In this document: positions 61,500 through 64,000 of the stretch, piece by piece
Layout of the letters: every line of letters begins with the position of its first letter
Numbering within the stretch: the stretch's first letter is position 1
Assembly: GCA_025060075.1 (NCBI GenBank)
Contig: JANXCZ010000038.1
Span: forward strand, 16,049-80,048
Length of the DNA: 64,000 bases
Origin: Thermodesulfovibrio sp.
GTDB taxonomy: Bacteria; Nitrospirota; Thermodesulfovibrionia; Thermodesulfovibrionales; Thermodesulfovibrionaceae
Direction: 5' to 3'
Position numbers and translations under genes: made by a program
Notes under the pieces: model-generated
The model's input: the letters and a program-made list of their open reading frames with translations, nothing else
What the model was told of the DNA's origin: nothing
The model's database searches: none

Positions 61500-62104
61500 T
61501 GGAAATTGAAGAGAAAATACGAAAGGCATATGAAGATTCAATTAAGGTTAAGGAGCAGTTTTTTAAGGAAAATATAGCTTTAATTAAGGAAGTTGCAGAG
61601 GTTATTGCAAAATCTCTAAGTGAAGGAGGCAAAATTCTAATTTTCGGAAATGGAGGAAGTGCGACAGATGCCTCTCATATAGCAGCAGAGTTTGTTAATA
61701 GATTTAAAAGAGAAAGACCTGGATTGCCTGCAATTGCTTTAAATACCGATATGGCTGTTATTACAGCAATAGCAAATGATTATGATTATTCTGAAGTTTT
61801 CGCAAAACAAATTAAAGCTCTGGGACAATCAGGAGATATTGTAATTGGAATCAGCACCTCTGGTTCCTCAAAAAATGTAATAAAAGCAATTGAGGTAGCA
61901 AAAAAAAGAGGACTTAAGTCCATAGCATTCACAAGTATAAAGGGTGAAAAACTAATTTCAAAGGTTGACTACGCCTTTGCAGTTCCATCAGAGGATACTC
62001 CGAGAATTCAAGAGACCCATATTACTCTTGGACATATTCTATGTCAGCTTGTTGAAGATATACTATTTGAGATGCCAGCAACTAAAAAGAAAACAAAACA
62101 ATGA
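61499..62104 (+). CDS. gmhA: Phosphoheptose isomerase
   Basis: GNGGSA.DASH, TAIANDY, ISTSGSS, RIQETH. Confidence 0.92.
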   Translation: MEIEEKIRKAYEDSIKVKEQFFKENIALIKEVAEVIAKSLSEGGKILIFGNGGSATDASHIAAEFVNRFKRERPGLPAIALNTDMAVITAIANDYDYSEVFAKQIKALGQSGDIVIGISTSGSSKNVIKAIEVAKKRGLKSIAFTSIKGEKLISKVDYAFAVPSEDTPRIQETHITLGHILCQLVEDILFEMPATKKKTKQ

Positions 62105-62574
62105 AAGTTATAGGTATTGACCCTGGTAGTAGACATTTTGGATATGGAGTTGTAGATTCAAAACAGATGAGATTAATCTATGCAAATACGATCAATATTT
62201 CTAATTATCTTTCTTTACCACATAGACTTAAATTTATTTATGAAATCCTTATTGATGTAGTGGAAAAGTACTCTCCTAATGAAATGGCTGTAGAGAAAAT
62301 ATTTGCAGGAAAAAAAATTCCATCTTCTTTTGTTCTTGGATACACAAGAGCAATAGCCTTTTTGGTGGCAGCTCAAAAGGATCTGCCTGTTTATGAATAC
62401 AGTTCTACTGAAATAAAAAAGGCACTTACAGGATACGGCAAAGCAGATAAGAATCAAGTAAAAAAAATGGTTTATAGCTTTTTAAATATTGATAAAAAAA
62501 TCTCCTATGACTGTGCAGACGCACTGGCTGTTGCCATATGCCATATTAACTCAAAAAAACCTCTTAATTTTTGA
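62101..62574 (+). CDS. ruvC: Holliday junction resolvase
   Basis: [32 protein letters not shown]. Confidence 0.95.
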   Translation: MKVIGIDPGSRHFGYGVVDSKQMRLIYANTINISNYLSLPHRLKFIYEILIDVVEKYSPNEMAVEKIFAGKKIPSSFVLGYTRAIAFLVAAQKDLPVYEYSSTEIKKALTGYGKADKNQVKKMVYSFLNIDKKISYDCADALAVAICHINSKKPLNF

Positions 62575-62590
62575 ATAGAGGTTTGAATTT

Positions 62591-63349
62591 ATGAAGGCAA
62601 GAAAAATCTCTTTTTTTTATCTGACAGGTCTATTTTTTGTATTGATTGAAATTGCTTTTAATATTTATGGAAAAAGCATATGCACAACTGAGGGATGTAA
62701 AGTTGTAGAAAGCTTTGTAAGAGGTGGAAATATTAATCTTCTTATTTTAGGTTTAGTTTTATTCAGTTTTTTATTTTTTATATCACTTTATAAATTTTCT
62801 GCAGCATTTAGCAAAATTATTGAGTATATTCATTCTGGAGTCCTCATAATAGCTTTATCAGTAGAGGGTTATTTGTTAGGATTTCAGAGTTTTGTACTAA
62901 AAGAATTTTGTATTTTTTGTCTTGTCGTATTTGGAATTCTTTTTCTTAGTAGCATATATAGAGTTTTTGAAAAACGATATGAAATAGCTCTTGCCTTTGC
63001 AGGTTTTTCTTCAATTTTTTTAATAACCTATCTTGTAAATCCTGGAATTTCTCAAATACCTCCTAATACTCTTGTATACTCTAAAAATTGTCCCCACTGT
63101 GAAGAGATAATTCAATTCTGCAAAACTAATTCAATAAATATTAATACCATTGAAGCTAAAGATATTTCAGGGACTCTCAAATCCTTAAAGATAGAATCTG
63201 TTCCTATTTTATTTTCCGATGAAGGTGATACAAAAAAGATAATTATCGGAAAGGAAAGAATAAAGGAACATTTACTTAATAAATCTTTATCGAATAATAA
63301 AAATCAACAAGGAATCTGCCCTATCTTTGAAACAAAGACATGTCAGTAA
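62591..63349 (+). CDS. VKOR-like membrane protein fused to a glutaredoxin/thioredoxin domain
   Basis: Loop pair CTTEGC, membrane CIFC, soluble CPHC...VP motif. Confidence 0.7.
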   Translation: MKARKISFFYLTGLFFVLIEIAFNIYGKSICTTEGCKVVESFVRGGNINLLILGLVLFSFLFFISLYKFSAAFSKIIEYIHSGVLIIALSVEGYLLGFQSFVLKEFCIFCLVVFGILFLSSIYRVFEKRYEIALAFAGFSSIFLITYLVNPGISQIPPNTLVYSKNCPHCEEIIQFCKTNSININTIEAKDISGTLKSLKIESVPILFSDEGDTKKIIIGKERIKEHLLNKSLSNNKNQQGICPIFETKTCQ

Positions 63350-64000
63350 GAAGACTCTTAAGTTTGAGAGCATTCTTTACAGCATATCCCATATAGTCAT
63401 TGTCAAAGTATACATATGCGGTTTTGTTCCAAAACTTAAGCTTTTGAGCCCATTCAATAAGTTCGCTCTCTGTATACTCTGAAGCATAAAGCCTCTGTGA
63501 TCCATGAAGTCTTACATAGATAAAGTCTGCTGTAACTTCCTCATGATAGGGAAATCTTCCAGCAGAGTCTGCTATACAAAAAGCTATATTATTCATTTTT
63601 AAAACCTCAAAAAAGTTATCGTCAATAAAAGTTTTATTTCTAACTTCAATTGAGTATTTATATTTTTTGTCCAATAAAGAAATAAACTCATCAATCATGA
63701 CTCTATCAAACTTTAAACTCGGAGGTAGTTGAATCAGTATAACTCCAAGTTTTTTCCCTAATACTGCATACTTGGTTATAGTTTCATCTACCAATTTTTT
63801 GTCAACCTTTAGTCTTTTAAAATGTGTTATCTGCCTTGAAATCTTTACTGAAAATAAGAAATCCTCTGGTGTTATACCGTACCATTTTTGAAAAGTTGAG
63901 GTTCTTACATCTCTATAAAAAGTCACATTTATTTCAACAGTAGGGAAATATTTGCAGTAATAAGAAAGCCACTCTGAATACTTTAATTCCTTAGGATAGA
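63321..64000 (-). CDS. DUF72 family protein (5' end outside window)
   Basis: VEINVTFYR, SVK.SRQITH, QLPPS, EVRN, YVRLHG, YFDND; the frame stays open to the window edge. Confidence 0.9.
   Translation of the reverse strand, partial: YPKELKYSEWLSYYCKYFPTVEINVTFYRDVRTSTFQKWYGITPEDFLFSVKISRQITHFKRLKVDKKLVDETITKYAVLGKKLGVILIQLPPSLKFDRVMIDEFISLLDKKYKYSIEVRNKTFIDDNFFEVLKMNNIAFCIADSAGRFPYHEEVTADFIYVRLHGSQRLYASEYTESELIEWAQKLKFWNKTAYVYFDNDYMGYAVKNALKLKSLLTDMSLFQR

Overview
This AT-rich, gene-dense bacterial chromosome segment has gene content and order (ilvC-psd-pssA-leuA, ccsA-hemA-hemC-cobA/hemD, DUF507 pair after rpsF-ssb-rpsR) that suggest an anaerobe of the Thermodesulfovibrio (Nitrospirota) type; this is inference. 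Most of the window is housekeeping: ribosomal proteins with an S6:S18 leader RNA, amino-acid, heme and fatty-acid biosynthesis, ileS-lspA, and repair genes. The central ~20-41.6 kb is accessory-like. It holds a decayed ISNCY/IS1202-like element, a TAXI-TRAP transporter with an unusual Ig-like middle gene, and a CBS-led 12-gene Mrp/Mnh-type antiporter operon with three MrpD-like subunits and an unannotated 31-aa membrane peptide. That operon is followed by an LCIB/theta-type carbonic anhydrase-USP-BioH-like unit. The region also has a signalling module (Cache-PAS kinase, PEP-synthase-like phosphotransferase, receiver protein) whose GntR and TauE genes have decayed. Many operon-leading genes appear leaderless (-10 box 5-9 nt before ATG, no Shine-Dalgarno), including a symmetric bidirectional promoter at 670-684. 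No rRNA, tRNA or CRISPR array was seen. All calls come from motif recognition by eye, without database searches.
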